A stretch of DNA of 64,000 nucleotides, from NCBI GenBank assembly GCA_937625935.1, contig OW569360.1, forward strand, positions 186,001 to 250,000. Direction: 5' to 3'. Positions 20,282-30,000 of this stretch are shown here, in pieces. This DNA is from Tetramitus jugosus (lineage: Eukaryota; Protista; Heterolobosea). Under the pieces are notes generated by a model. That model was given only the letters and a program-made list of their open reading frames with translations, made no database searches and was not told the origin of the DNA. A program made the translations under genes and the position numbers. Positions within the stretch are counted from its first letter, which is position 1. The number at the start of each line of letters is the position of its first letter.

Positions 20282-20754
20282 TAAAGTTTCTGTTTATTGT
20301 TTAAAAATTTTGGTAGTCCAACAATGTTCATGATGGAGGAACGAATGCCTCGCTTGTTGTCGATGATATCTTTGTTTCAACAATGACACCCGTGATTTCT
20401 TCTCCAATTGATTGACTAATTCTTTTCTTGAAGAGATTTTGGTGTTGATGTTGATGATTCTTGTTGTTGTTGACAATAATCACCAATTTCAAAAACCGTT
20501 TTGGAGGAAATGGTTGGTGTTGTATGGAATGATGATGGTGATGATGAAAAGCAATCATGGTCATAGTTGCTTTTTTTGGATCATGTTGTTGGAGGCTGAA
20601 CGATGAGGATTTTCATATTGTGAATCATGATATGTAATATGTGATGATTGTGTGCTGTTTGTTTGTGTTTGGTTGTGTTTGGGTTGGTGAAAATGAAACG
20701 GTGTTTGGGTGTGACTCAAATGCCACACAAATTTTTAATTTTGTGTTGCCACAT

Positions 20755-20770
20755 CAAAAAAAACGACCTC
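20755..20770 (-). repeat. Right terminal inverted repeat CAAAAAAAACGACCTC
   Basis: Exact reverse complement of 16970-16985. Confidence 0.93.
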
Positions 20771-20883
20771 AGTGCGATGATTCAATCGAAAGAAGAATTG
20801 GGGGAGATTCTGCGCTCCGCTTCTCTTCTTTGTGCACAACTGCACAACACAAACAACAACAACCATCACCAAGCATCACAAGC

Positions 20884-22431
20884 ATGTCTCTACTATCAGA
20901 TGAGAAGCTGTGTACAAAGTTTGATCAAACATTTGACTTTTATACAGCCAATGAACACGATCACAAAAAATTGTTCAACTTTTTGTATTACTTGCACAAG
21001 AGATTAAACTTGTGCCATCCATCTCGTTCCTCTATTGAATCTCATGTTCATCAATGCATGGATCTCATATCACAAAAGAAGAGTGACTATGTGATATACA
21101 AGTACTTGAGAGATAAGCAGAAGCAGCACAGGAAGGGTGATGTGAGTGATGCGAGTCTCAGACAATTTGAAAACACGTCCTACCAGAGAACCATTACTCA
21201 AAAAGTGGATGAACTACAGAATGCAATCAACATGTTTCAACTCTTTCAACAACCGGCACAACAATCAGATGATGATACAACTACTACTACTACTACTACT
21301 AGTAATAATGATAATGATAATAACGATAATAATAATGATAACAATACTATGATGATCAACAACAACAACAACAAGTACACCATTCCATCAACACTTGACA
21401 TTGGAACAGAGAGATTAGAATTCCTGGATGCTCTCAAGGAGAGATTCTCTGTACAAACAGTCCGTGGTATCAACATTGACGTTGGTTTTTGTCATTATGA
21501 TGAGCGATTTGTAGAGAATGTAAAGGATGAACGATTCCAATTGTACGATGGTAAGACTATACCATTCAGTGATGATTCATTTGATTTGATTACACTCTTC
21601 TCAGTGATTCATCACATTCCATCAGATGAATTCAAACTGGTGTGTCAAGAGATTGCTCGAGTGTGCAGAGGATACCTGTACCTGAAGGATGTAGACTTGG
21701 TGGATCAAGTAGCAGAGATCATGTTCCGTATTCAACACTACGTATTCGAAGGAGTGTTCCTCCCAGGTGATTGTTCCTACATGAACTGTGAAGTGACAAA
21801 GGAGGCAACACTGGAGGCACTAAAGGACGCTGGATTCAAAGTGGTTCACGTCAAGAATTCTTCCAACTTTAACAATACGTATTTTGCACTGTTGCAATCC
21901 CCAACAAATCATGATGTGTTGCCTGCTGCTCCTGTTGCTATTGTTTCCAGCAGCAGCAGTCATGTGAGACCTTCTCATCGCGGTGGCAGAGGCAAGTTCC
22001 ACTATAGCAATAACAGATACAATAACGATAATAGGGACGACAATAGATATGACAATAGGTGGAATGATGATGGTGGTGGTGGTGATGATGATACGCGTCA
22101 CTTCCATGTTGTGGTCAACAAAAAGAGCAGAGGATACAACTCTCGATACAACTCTTCTTATTCTCATCATCATCAGAGAGATGATCGTGATAGGAACTAT
22201 GATGGTCCCAGGAGACATGACAGTGGAAGATATCGCTCCAGTGGTGATCATCAAGATAGAGACAACAGAAGACGAAGAAGAAGAAGTCAGAGCCCACCAT
22301 CATCATCATCATCTCACAGATCACAACCTTCACAACAACCTGTTGATGAGGAAGAGATGGCCAAGAGAGCAAGAAGAGCTGAACGATTTGGTGCCCCAAC
22401 TACACCACAAACAAGCAACAACAACAATTAA
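20884..22431 (+). CDS. Class I SAM-dependent methyltransferase with R/D-rich tail and Tho1/MOS11-like C-terminal motif
   Basis: LDIGTE and YDGKTIPFSDDSFDLITLFSVIHHI motifs; C-terminal KRARRAERFG. First ATG outside the transposon is at 20884. Confidence 0.75.
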   Translation: MSLLSDEKLCTKFDQTFDFYTANEHDHKKLFNFLYYLHKRLNLCHPSRSSIESHVHQCMDLISQKKSDYVIYKYLRDKQKQHRKGDVSDASLRQFENTSYQRTITQKVDELQNAINMFQLFQQPAQQSDDDTTTTTTTTSNNDNDNNDNNNDNNTMMINNNNNKYTIPSTLDIGTERLEFLDALKERFSVQTVRGINIDVGFCHYDERFVENVKDERFQLYDGKTIPFSDDSFDLITLFSVIHHIPSDEFKLVCQEIARVCRGYLYLKDVDLVDQVAEIMFRIQHYVFEGVFLPGDCSYMNCEVTKEATLEALKDAGFKVVHVKNSSNFNNTYFALLQSPTNHDVLPAAPVAIVSSSSSHVRPSHRGGRGKFHYSNNRYNNDNRDDNRYDNRWNDDGGGGDDDTRHFHVVVNKKSRGYNSRYNSSYSHHHQRDDRDRNYDGPRRHDSGRYRSSGDHQDRDNRRRRRRSQSPPSSSSSHRSQPSQQPVDEEEMAKRARRAERFGAPTTPQTSNNNN

Positions 22432-22511
22432 TACACAATACTTATTTCAAATACTTGCATGTTCGAACAACAATTTTTGTGCCGCACGAAAAACAAACAA
22501 TACAAAGAACC

Positions 22512-23417
22512 ATGTCGAATGAACAACAACAATCACAACAATCAACAACAACAACAACAACAACAACAACGACAATACGAAAACAACGCATCATATTCTT
22601 CGACTTGGATGACACACTGTATTCAAAGGAATGTGCACCTGATATCTATGCACGGATCAATCAATACATGAGTGATGAGTTGAACATGGAGGGAGACGTA
22701 GACGCAAAGGGCTATGAACTCTACATGCAATTCGGTAGTACACTGCGTGGATTGATTCATGAGGGATACAATGTTGATCCACACGAGTTTTATCAGTACA
22801 TTCACATGGCACTGCACAACAGAGTACAGCGCAATGATGATCGTTTGATTCACTTGCTCTCTCGCATCAAATCACTACCCATATCATCATCATCATCATC
22901 ATCGTCATCATTAGAACGCTTATCAACAACAACCACAACAAATACAATAGAATCGAATCATCATCACAATCATCAAGTGTCACTCTATGTGTTTACCAAT
23001 GGTGAGAGAGCACATGCAGAAGGAGTGTTGCACCATTTGGGAATTAGTCACTTGTTTGATGGAATTGTGTCGATTGATGAGACGGGAGATACGCACAAGC
23101 CACATCCACACAGTTTTCGAATTGCAATGAAGATGGCTGGTCTCGTTGTTGATGAAAATGAACATGCAACAAATGAGAATAACAATAATAACAATAGCAA
23201 CAATAATCATAGTAGTCGTACGGAAATATATTTTGTGGATGACAATCGAGAGAATATTCGAGCAGCGATACAAATGGGATGGAAGGGCATCTGGATCAAT
23301 GAACATGCACAACAGACACATTCGCATGAGCATGAACAACAACAACAACTGATATCGTGTGCGAGTGTTCATGACTTGATTCACACGTGTCCAGAATTGT
23401 TTCATGATCATCAATGA
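22512..23417 (+). CDS. HAD-family pyrimidine 5'-nucleotidase (SDT1/PHM8-like)
   Basis: FFDLDDTLY (motif I), FTN (II), KPHP (III), FVDD..NI (IV). Confidence 0.88.
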   Translation: MSNEQQQSQQSTTTTTTTTTTIRKQRIIFFDLDDTLYSKECAPDIYARINQYMSDELNMEGDVDAKGYELYMQFGSTLRGLIHEGYNVDPHEFYQYIHMALHNRVQRNDDRLIHLLSRIKSLPISSSSSSSSSLERLSTTTTTNTIESNHHHNHQVSLYVFTNGERAHAEGVLHHLGISHLFDGIVSIDETGDTHKPHPHSFRIAMKMAGLVVDENEHATNENNNNNNSNNNHSSRTEIYFVDDNRENIRAAIQMGWKGIWINEHAQQTHSHEHEQQQQLISCASVHDLIHTCPELFHDHQ

Positions 23418-23528
23418 ATTGCATCAGATGATGATGATACTACCACCATGAGAGAGTGAAAGTTTTCTCTGAAGAAAAGCAGGTGTGGCTATATATATTC
23501 GAGTAATTACTCATGAGGTGCGTGTTTA

Positions 23529-24956
23529 TTACTCTTGAGAGACAAATGGTGTTTGCTTGGTAATAAACTTGGTCACCATGTCCAGAGTGTTCTCTGGTTG
23601 ATCCATGGGTGACAAATGACCAGCCTTGTTCACAACAACCTGTGTCAATGGACCACTGGTTCTCGTGTAACCAACAACATCACCATGTGCATTCTTCCAA
23701 ATGTTTCTCTTTGCACTCTGGTACTTTGCTTGACCGTCCCATGGCATATCATAGATCCATCTCTCAGCTGCAGGAGTGTTGATAATCATGTCGAATTGAC
23801 CATTGTACAACATCATTGGGAAACCATTGTTCAACAAGTCAATGACATATTGACGAACAGATTGAGGCATATCGTTTTGCAACTTTGCATACGTCTCACT
23901 GTCACAGTCATGATAATCACGCTTGCCATTGGTGTGCATCTGCACTCTGACATCAGGCTGCATCACATATTCACTCATGTAGTCCATATCGTACTCACCA
24001 TAGTCTCTAATGTCATACACATTGATACCTCCTGATTCAGTGACAAAAGAGTTGAGAATCTGGTTGCAGTGATTCATGGCTTGAGACCACTTTTGTTGTT
24101 CAATCAAAGTCCTGGCCACATTCTGCACAGACACCATATCACGGTACTGCTTTTGATCCAATAGACCAGTGTTGAATCCAAATTCAGCATAATCAGTGAA
24201 TTGTTGAATCGGGTGAGTGAGACCATCACCAATACCAACACCCTTAATGTTCACCTTGATGACATCGGATGGCTGAGCAAAGAACAATCGATGAGCAATG
24301 CTGGGAATGTACTTGCCGGCATAACTCTCACCAAAAATGTAAAACTCATTCTGTGACTGCTCTGGGTGCACTTGCTTGAAGAAGTGAGTCAAAAAGAGTT
24401 GCATATAGTTTGCGACTTGCAACTCATTGGTCACATAACCGTCTTGTCTCTCCACATAACTGAAACCAGAACCGACAGGATTGTCCACATACAGCATACT
24501 GTACTCCTTGTTCCATGTGAAATGATTGTCCACGAGTCTCAGAGTGCTCGGATCAATGTGATATGGTCCATTCTCAATAAACAGTCCAGTCATGCTGGAG
24601 CAGCCAGGTCCACCTTGCAACCACATGATGATTGGTGCATTCTTGTTGTTGTTTTGAGCTGGGAAGAACACATAGTACATGTTGGCACCGACTGTTTCAT
24701 TGACATTGATGTAACCAGAGTATTCGAATGGATTTTGATCACCACGGACGAATTGAGGTGCACGCTTCTGTGGTAGACGAGCCAAGAATTCTCTGTCGTG
24801 GCCTTGTTTGCTATTGACTAGTCTTCTGCCCTGGAGGAACATGGGTGCTGTTTGTTGTTGTTCCTGTGTGGCATGTATCATCATCATCAGTGCAGATGAT
24901 ACCAACACGAGTACCAACAACAAGATGGTAGTGGTAGTCTTGATGAATGAAGACAT
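23529..24956 (-). CDS. Serine carboxypeptidase S10 (CPVL-like), secreted or lysosomal
   Basis: Signal peptide; WLQGGPGCSS, DNPVGSGFSY, GESYAG, NGQFDMII and AGHLSPMDQP. Confidence 0.95.
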   Translation of the reverse strand: MSSFIKTTTTILLLVLVLVSSALMMMIHATQEQQQTAPMFLQGRRLVNSKQGHDREFLARLPQKRAPQFVRGDQNPFEYSGYINVNETVGANMYYVFFPAQNNNKNAPIIMWLQGGPGCSSMTGLFIENGPYHIDPSTLRLVDNHFTWNKEYSMLYVDNPVGSGFSYVERQDGYVTNELQVANYMQLFLTHFFKQVHPEQSQNEFYIFGESYAGKYIPSIAHRLFFAQPSDVIKVNIKGVGIGDGLTHPIQQFTDYAEFGFNTGLLDQKQYRDMVSVQNVARTLIEQQKWSQAMNHCNQILNSFVTESGGINVYDIRDYGEYDMDYMSEYVMQPDVRVQMHTNGKRDYHDCDSETYAKLQNDMPQSVRQYVIDLLNNGFPMMLYNGQFDMIINTPAAERWIYDMPWDGQAKYQSAKRNIWKNAHGDVVGYTRTSGPLTQVVVNKAGHLSPMDQPENTLDMVTKFITKQTPFVSQE

Positions 24957-25220
24957 TTTGAACGTTTCAATTGTGTTGTTTTCTTGTTGTGAGTGTGTTG
25001 TTGTTGTTTTGTTGTTTGTGTCTGGGTTACAATTCGCAGCACAATGTCATCCGACTGGGTGAGGGGTGTGGGAAATGGCGGAGTTTGAAACTCCGTAGAA
25101 AAATAACTGCGCTTATGGGAATTTCAATGTCGATAGCTTGGTGGGAATACAACACAACACACAGGAGATTTTGAAGATTGATATTTATTGTACACACTTC
25201 TTCCTCCATTGGTTGCCTGT

Positions 25221-25871
25221 TTACAGCAGTAGGAAAAGAGTCAAACACATACCAACAATGGCCAGGGCACCACATTTAACCATGGTCATCCTCACCCAAG
25301 AAGAAGCTGCTGCGATTTGTGCTGCTTCATTGTTCTCAATGAAACCAAAGAACAAGTTTGAACTTGTGGTAAAGTCTGAATTGTTCACTTTGGCAGAAGG
25401 ATTCACCTTGTCCAAGGAGTAGGGAGGAGTAGAGAGATGACCTCTCCTGTTCCAAGTGTTCGTCACTGGATCATAAATGATTGCACTGACAGAGTTGGCA
25501 CTGTTGACCAATTGAGTTGGTTGATACCTCATTGAAACGGTACCCTTGAATGGATTAGTGGGAACACCGATCAACACTTCGAACTGGAATAGCCCCAGAA
25601 CTTGATCGTTTAATGGCAGAGAGGCAGTGGGGAATGGATTCTCGGGTAATTGTCTGAGTGTGAAAGTGAATCTGTTATGGTTTCTACCCGGTTTCTGAGT
25701 AATTTGGAATTGAACAAACGAATTCGGAGCAGTGTAAGTTCGAAACACCTTTGCTCCATTGTTGGGATTGAAGGGAACAAGCTGATTGAAGGAGATCGTT
25801 TGGCAATGGGAACCAACAACCACAGCCAGGGAGAGCGCCAAAAAGAGGAATACTTTAAACTTGGAATTCAT
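25221..25871 (-). CDS. Secreted or GPI/C-terminally anchored surface protein of unknown function
   Basis: N-terminal signal peptide (FLFLALSLAVVVG), beta-rich core, small-residue linker and hydrophobic C-terminus. Confidence 0.65.
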   Translation of the reverse strand: MNSKFKVFLFLALSLAVVVGSHCQTISFNQLVPFNPNNGAKVFRTYTAPNSFVQFQITQKPGRNHNRFTFTLRQLPENPFPTASLPLNDQVLGLFQFEVLIGVPTNPFKGTVSMRYQPTQLVNSANSVSAIIYDPVTNTWNRRGHLSTPPYSLDKVNPSAKVNNSDFTTSSNLFFGFIENNEAAQIAAASSWVRMTMVKCGALAIVGMCLTLFLLL

Positions 25872-26138
25872 GTGTTGAATGAATGGAGGATTACTTGTTT
25901 TATGAAGTTCGATGTTGTGGGATTTTCTGCTGCAGAAAACACTCGCTAAATCGAGCAAAATTGAGAACAGATCTCGAAAACCAAATACAACAGAATTGAT
26001 CGATTCCAGGGTATAAGAAATCCCTCTGAGAGCACATCAAGCGGACATGTCAAAAATGAATCCCTCAGGGAGTGCTCGTAGCTGGACTAATGACCGAGAA
26101 GATGAATTTCCGCTAAGCCTTATTTGACTCTTCAGCGT

Positions 26139-26440
26139 TCATTCTCTTCTCGCCCAAAGTACCATGAGTACATCCAGTGCCGCATAGAATAGTACTTCAT
26201 AATTGACACTCAGTAATATAAACGGACATGCGAAGGCCATAATCACACTTTGCATCCCCATTTTGAAAAAGTTAGGACTGAAGAGTGGTGCAAATAATGA
26301 AATGACACACGAGCACAGATTGATAACTTGAGGTTGGAACCGATCATTCATCATCATCATCACCATCTAACAAGGCAGTGTCAATGACATGGGTTCAGGG
26401 CAGATAGAGATTGCTCGGTGTCATATACAATAGAGATTGC
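26139..26440 (-). pseudogene. Decayed PIGN/MCD4-like fragment
   Basis: AFACPFILLSVNYEVLFYAAL..LMVLW...E resembles the PIG-N membrane domain; flanked by stops, no full gene. Confidence 0.4.
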
Positions 26441-27013
26441 TTGAAAAACAATAAACTGGAGGGCAATTTTGCAGAGTGACTTCAATGGTTTCCTGCAAAA
26501 AAAATTGTAATTAAATACTGGAGGCGCACTAGCGACACTTCTGGTTCGTTCACTAACTAACGTTAACCAGGAAAAGGTGTTATTTTTGATTAACTGTGTA
26601 ACGTAGGCGTATTTATTGTAGATTTAATGTAAACAGAACTAATTTAAATGATCGAATGAAATATCAAATTAACAACTTTATATATATAATTTGTTGATTT
26701 AAATGTGTTGTAAAACTATATTGTAGCAACGGTGTTATTTAAAAAATAGATAAAAGATAGGGTCAGATAGAGTTGGCAGTCAAGAGGAATGGTTAGAATT
26801 TCGAGACGCTTGGCTCAGTCAGTTTCGTGGAAAATTGTTGTTTGGCATTGTTGTTGACAAGGAGACCTGTTGATTAGCAACACAGACTCTGATATGGAAT
26901 GGTATTCTTTCAACGTTGCGAGCACTTTTCGTGTCGGTACATGTCAATGTCATTCCAACACACGGAACATCCTCACAAAAACAAACAAAACTGTGTCAAT
27001 CATCGCCGTCATC

Positions 27014-30000
27014 ATGTCATCATCATCATCTTCGTCTGGATTCAATGAGGACAACAACGACAAGAAGAAGAAGAGCAGTCACATGAGTTATGGCAGCAAC
27101 ACCCTCAAGAGAAATCAGGCTCATTTGGAACGGATGATGATTCTGCAAGAGATTGTGTCCACAGAGGAGACCTATGTGGCCAATCTGTTTACGTGCAAGG
27201 AAATTTATGAGGACGCACTCGAGAGACGAACATTTGAATCGTTTGAACAATTGGAAGCACAACAACAACTAGCACACGAACAATCCAACAGCTCTCTGTC
27301 CCCTCCGGATTCAAACACGGAAAAAAAACACTCCAAGAAGAAAAATAGTAGTAGTAGCAACAAGAATACAACAACAAAAAACAACAGCAATGATCACCAT
27401 CACACGACAGCTACAACAACAACAACAGCAACAACAGGACACTTTTTTGAATGTGAGTCACAGTACAGTCAACGAGTGTACCTTTCCAAATTCTATGCCC
27501 CCATGCTGCACAAGAGACAACACATTAAGATTTTTAATGACTTGCGTGCCATTCGTGCACTCAACAATCAACTCAAGATTGAACTGGTGAATCATTTGGA
27601 TCAAGTGTTGACCACTGGTAAGAAGATTGATGTGAACATTGGTGACATTTTCATCAAATTTGTCCCCTGGTTCAAAATCTACACGTCCTATGCCTCACAG
27701 TTCAACATGGTGGCAGACTTGTTGAGAGAGTTGCGTCGCACCAACACCCTGTTTGACAAATTCTTGAACAATATCAAGAATAAGCACCCGAGTGCCAATG
27801 GTCTCTCACTGGAGAGTTATTTGATACAACCGATACAGCGCATACCCAGATACACTCTACTGTTGAATCAATTGTTGAAGAATACACCACTGTTGCACAG
27901 AGATTACCAGTCATTGAATGAAGCATTGAACAAGATGATCTCTGTGGCAGAGTACGTCAACGCAAAGGTCAAGGAGTTTGAACACGTCATCAAAATGAAC
28001 GAAATTGACAACATGATCCAACACACACTGCAATCCTTGGATGATCAGTATGACTACTATCGTGAGAAGAATCATCATCATCATACATACAATGGTGGTG
28101 GTGGTAGTGCTGATGGTAGTGGTGGTGGTGACAATCATAGCATTAATCATCATAGTGAAGGCACAGATGTACACCAGAATACTAGCAATACGAATAATAA
28201 TAATTATAATAGAAAGAGTCGCAACAACAGCACGAGTATGCATTTGATACAACCATTGATGAGACCAGGTAGAACATTGAATGCACAAGTAGAGAACCTA
28301 TCATTGAAATTGAATGGAAAGGTGGTGGAGCCATCTCCCATCCTGATGCAACTCGAGAAGGAAAAGAAGCGAAAAAAGAAGATTTTATCGACCAAGCACG
28401 TCAAGAATCTCATCAACGTACCTCTCTCTCTATTTAATAACAACAACAGTAGCAACAATGGTGATTTGGACAATGTAGTGGTGCAGAATGAGGATGGTAC
28501 GAGCACGAGTACGAGTACAATGACAAACATGGATCAACAACTGTCTCATACTCTCTACATTTTCAATGACATTATCCTCTATTTCTCTGTCATTACCACT
28601 ACTACAACGACAACGACGACTGCAACAACGACAACGACAATATCAACGAGTACGACGTCTACCACAACACCTAGTACAAGTACGACGACGGCATCAACTA
28701 CCAATAACAACAACAGTGATACTGTATCTGCTGATGTCAATAACAATAACAATCATAACAAGAATAACAACAACAACAAGAATAATAATAATAATAATAA
28801 TAACAATAGTACAAGGACAAATCAAGTGATTCAAACATCAAAGAAATACTATTATAATGGCTGTATTCATCTAGAAGCTGATTTAATACCATGGTGCTAC
28901 ATGAGTATTGTGGACGATGAATCAGAGAGATGCGAATTTAAGCTCGTAACTCACAAGAAACTCTTCTCCATTCAATTCCCCAATGAGAAACAAATGGGAG
29001 AAACATGTAAATTACTCGTGGATCAACTGGAAGAGATTTGCAAGGAGAGAAAGAGAACTCTGTACACTCAAATGTATAATCTCAATGAAGATCCATCCAC
29101 GAGTGCAAGCAACAACACTCATTCATCAATCATGATGAATCCGACTGTTGTGATCAACAATGAACAAACTCATTGTTCGAATCTCAACAATATTAGTAAC
29201 AGTGCAAATAATAGTAATGGTAGTAGTAGTAGCAGTAGCAGTAATCATTTGACGAGTGGAAATGCTGTGAGCAGAAGAGTGACCATGTCCTCATACAATA
29301 CACTGATTGAACTCAAGAGGCCCAATGTTCGTTATGTGAGACCACTGATTATTGATCCTCTCACATTTATCAACAATCAAGCATTCAATCGATTGCAATT
29401 GCTCATCAATAACAACATGATTGTGAACACGAGTGGTACGAGTAGCACAGTGTACAACCAGTACAACAATACGAGTAACTCTGCTTCTTTGTCACCAGCA
29501 TCATTGCCATCCTCGCCCACCTCCTCTCCCGGTTCTCAAAAGCAAAGAAGAAGAAAGTCTCTGTCCAATCTCTTCTCTTCATCGCACAACAAGCTCAGCA
29601 CTGACCTATTCCATAACAATCATAGCAATTCTTTGCTCACAATGAACATGACAGGTGATTCAGTGCCTGAGCCCTCATCACCTCGAGAATCATCATCGAC
29701 AAGCAGTCACAAGAGATTTACACTGTTGCTCAAGAAGAAATCTCCACGACGTCGCAGTGTCAGTGTTTCCTCTCCCTTGTCACCATGCAGCTCAACTGTC
29801 AACACGAGTGAAACTGTATCACCGACCAATGAATCATCTGTTGACGACACACATTCTTCATTAGTGGATATCAATCATCATCAGCATCTAGACACAAGCA
29901 CTGTCTATGCAAACATTATGTTGAATAATATGGGTGGTAGTAATCGTGTTAGTAGCAGCAGCAGCAGTGGTAGTAGTAACAGGATGCATGATGACTTGGA

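Larger units (their letters stand above)
16970..20770 (-). mobile_element. Full-length PIF/Harbinger-superfamily (PHIS) DNA transposon, 3,801 bp
   Basis: Perfect 16-bp TIRs, AGT on both flanks (16967-16969 and 20771-20773), internal DDE transposase and Myb-like ORF. Confidence 0.92.

Noticed and set aside
16969-20771. Alternative 17-bp TIR boundary
   Set aside because: The extra T/A pair comes from the symmetric ANT site; this boundary leaves no target duplication.
20641-20883. N-terminal extension of the methyltransferase ORF into the transposon
   Set aside because: Non-ATG start that crosses the TIR; ATG 20884 follows a normal leader.
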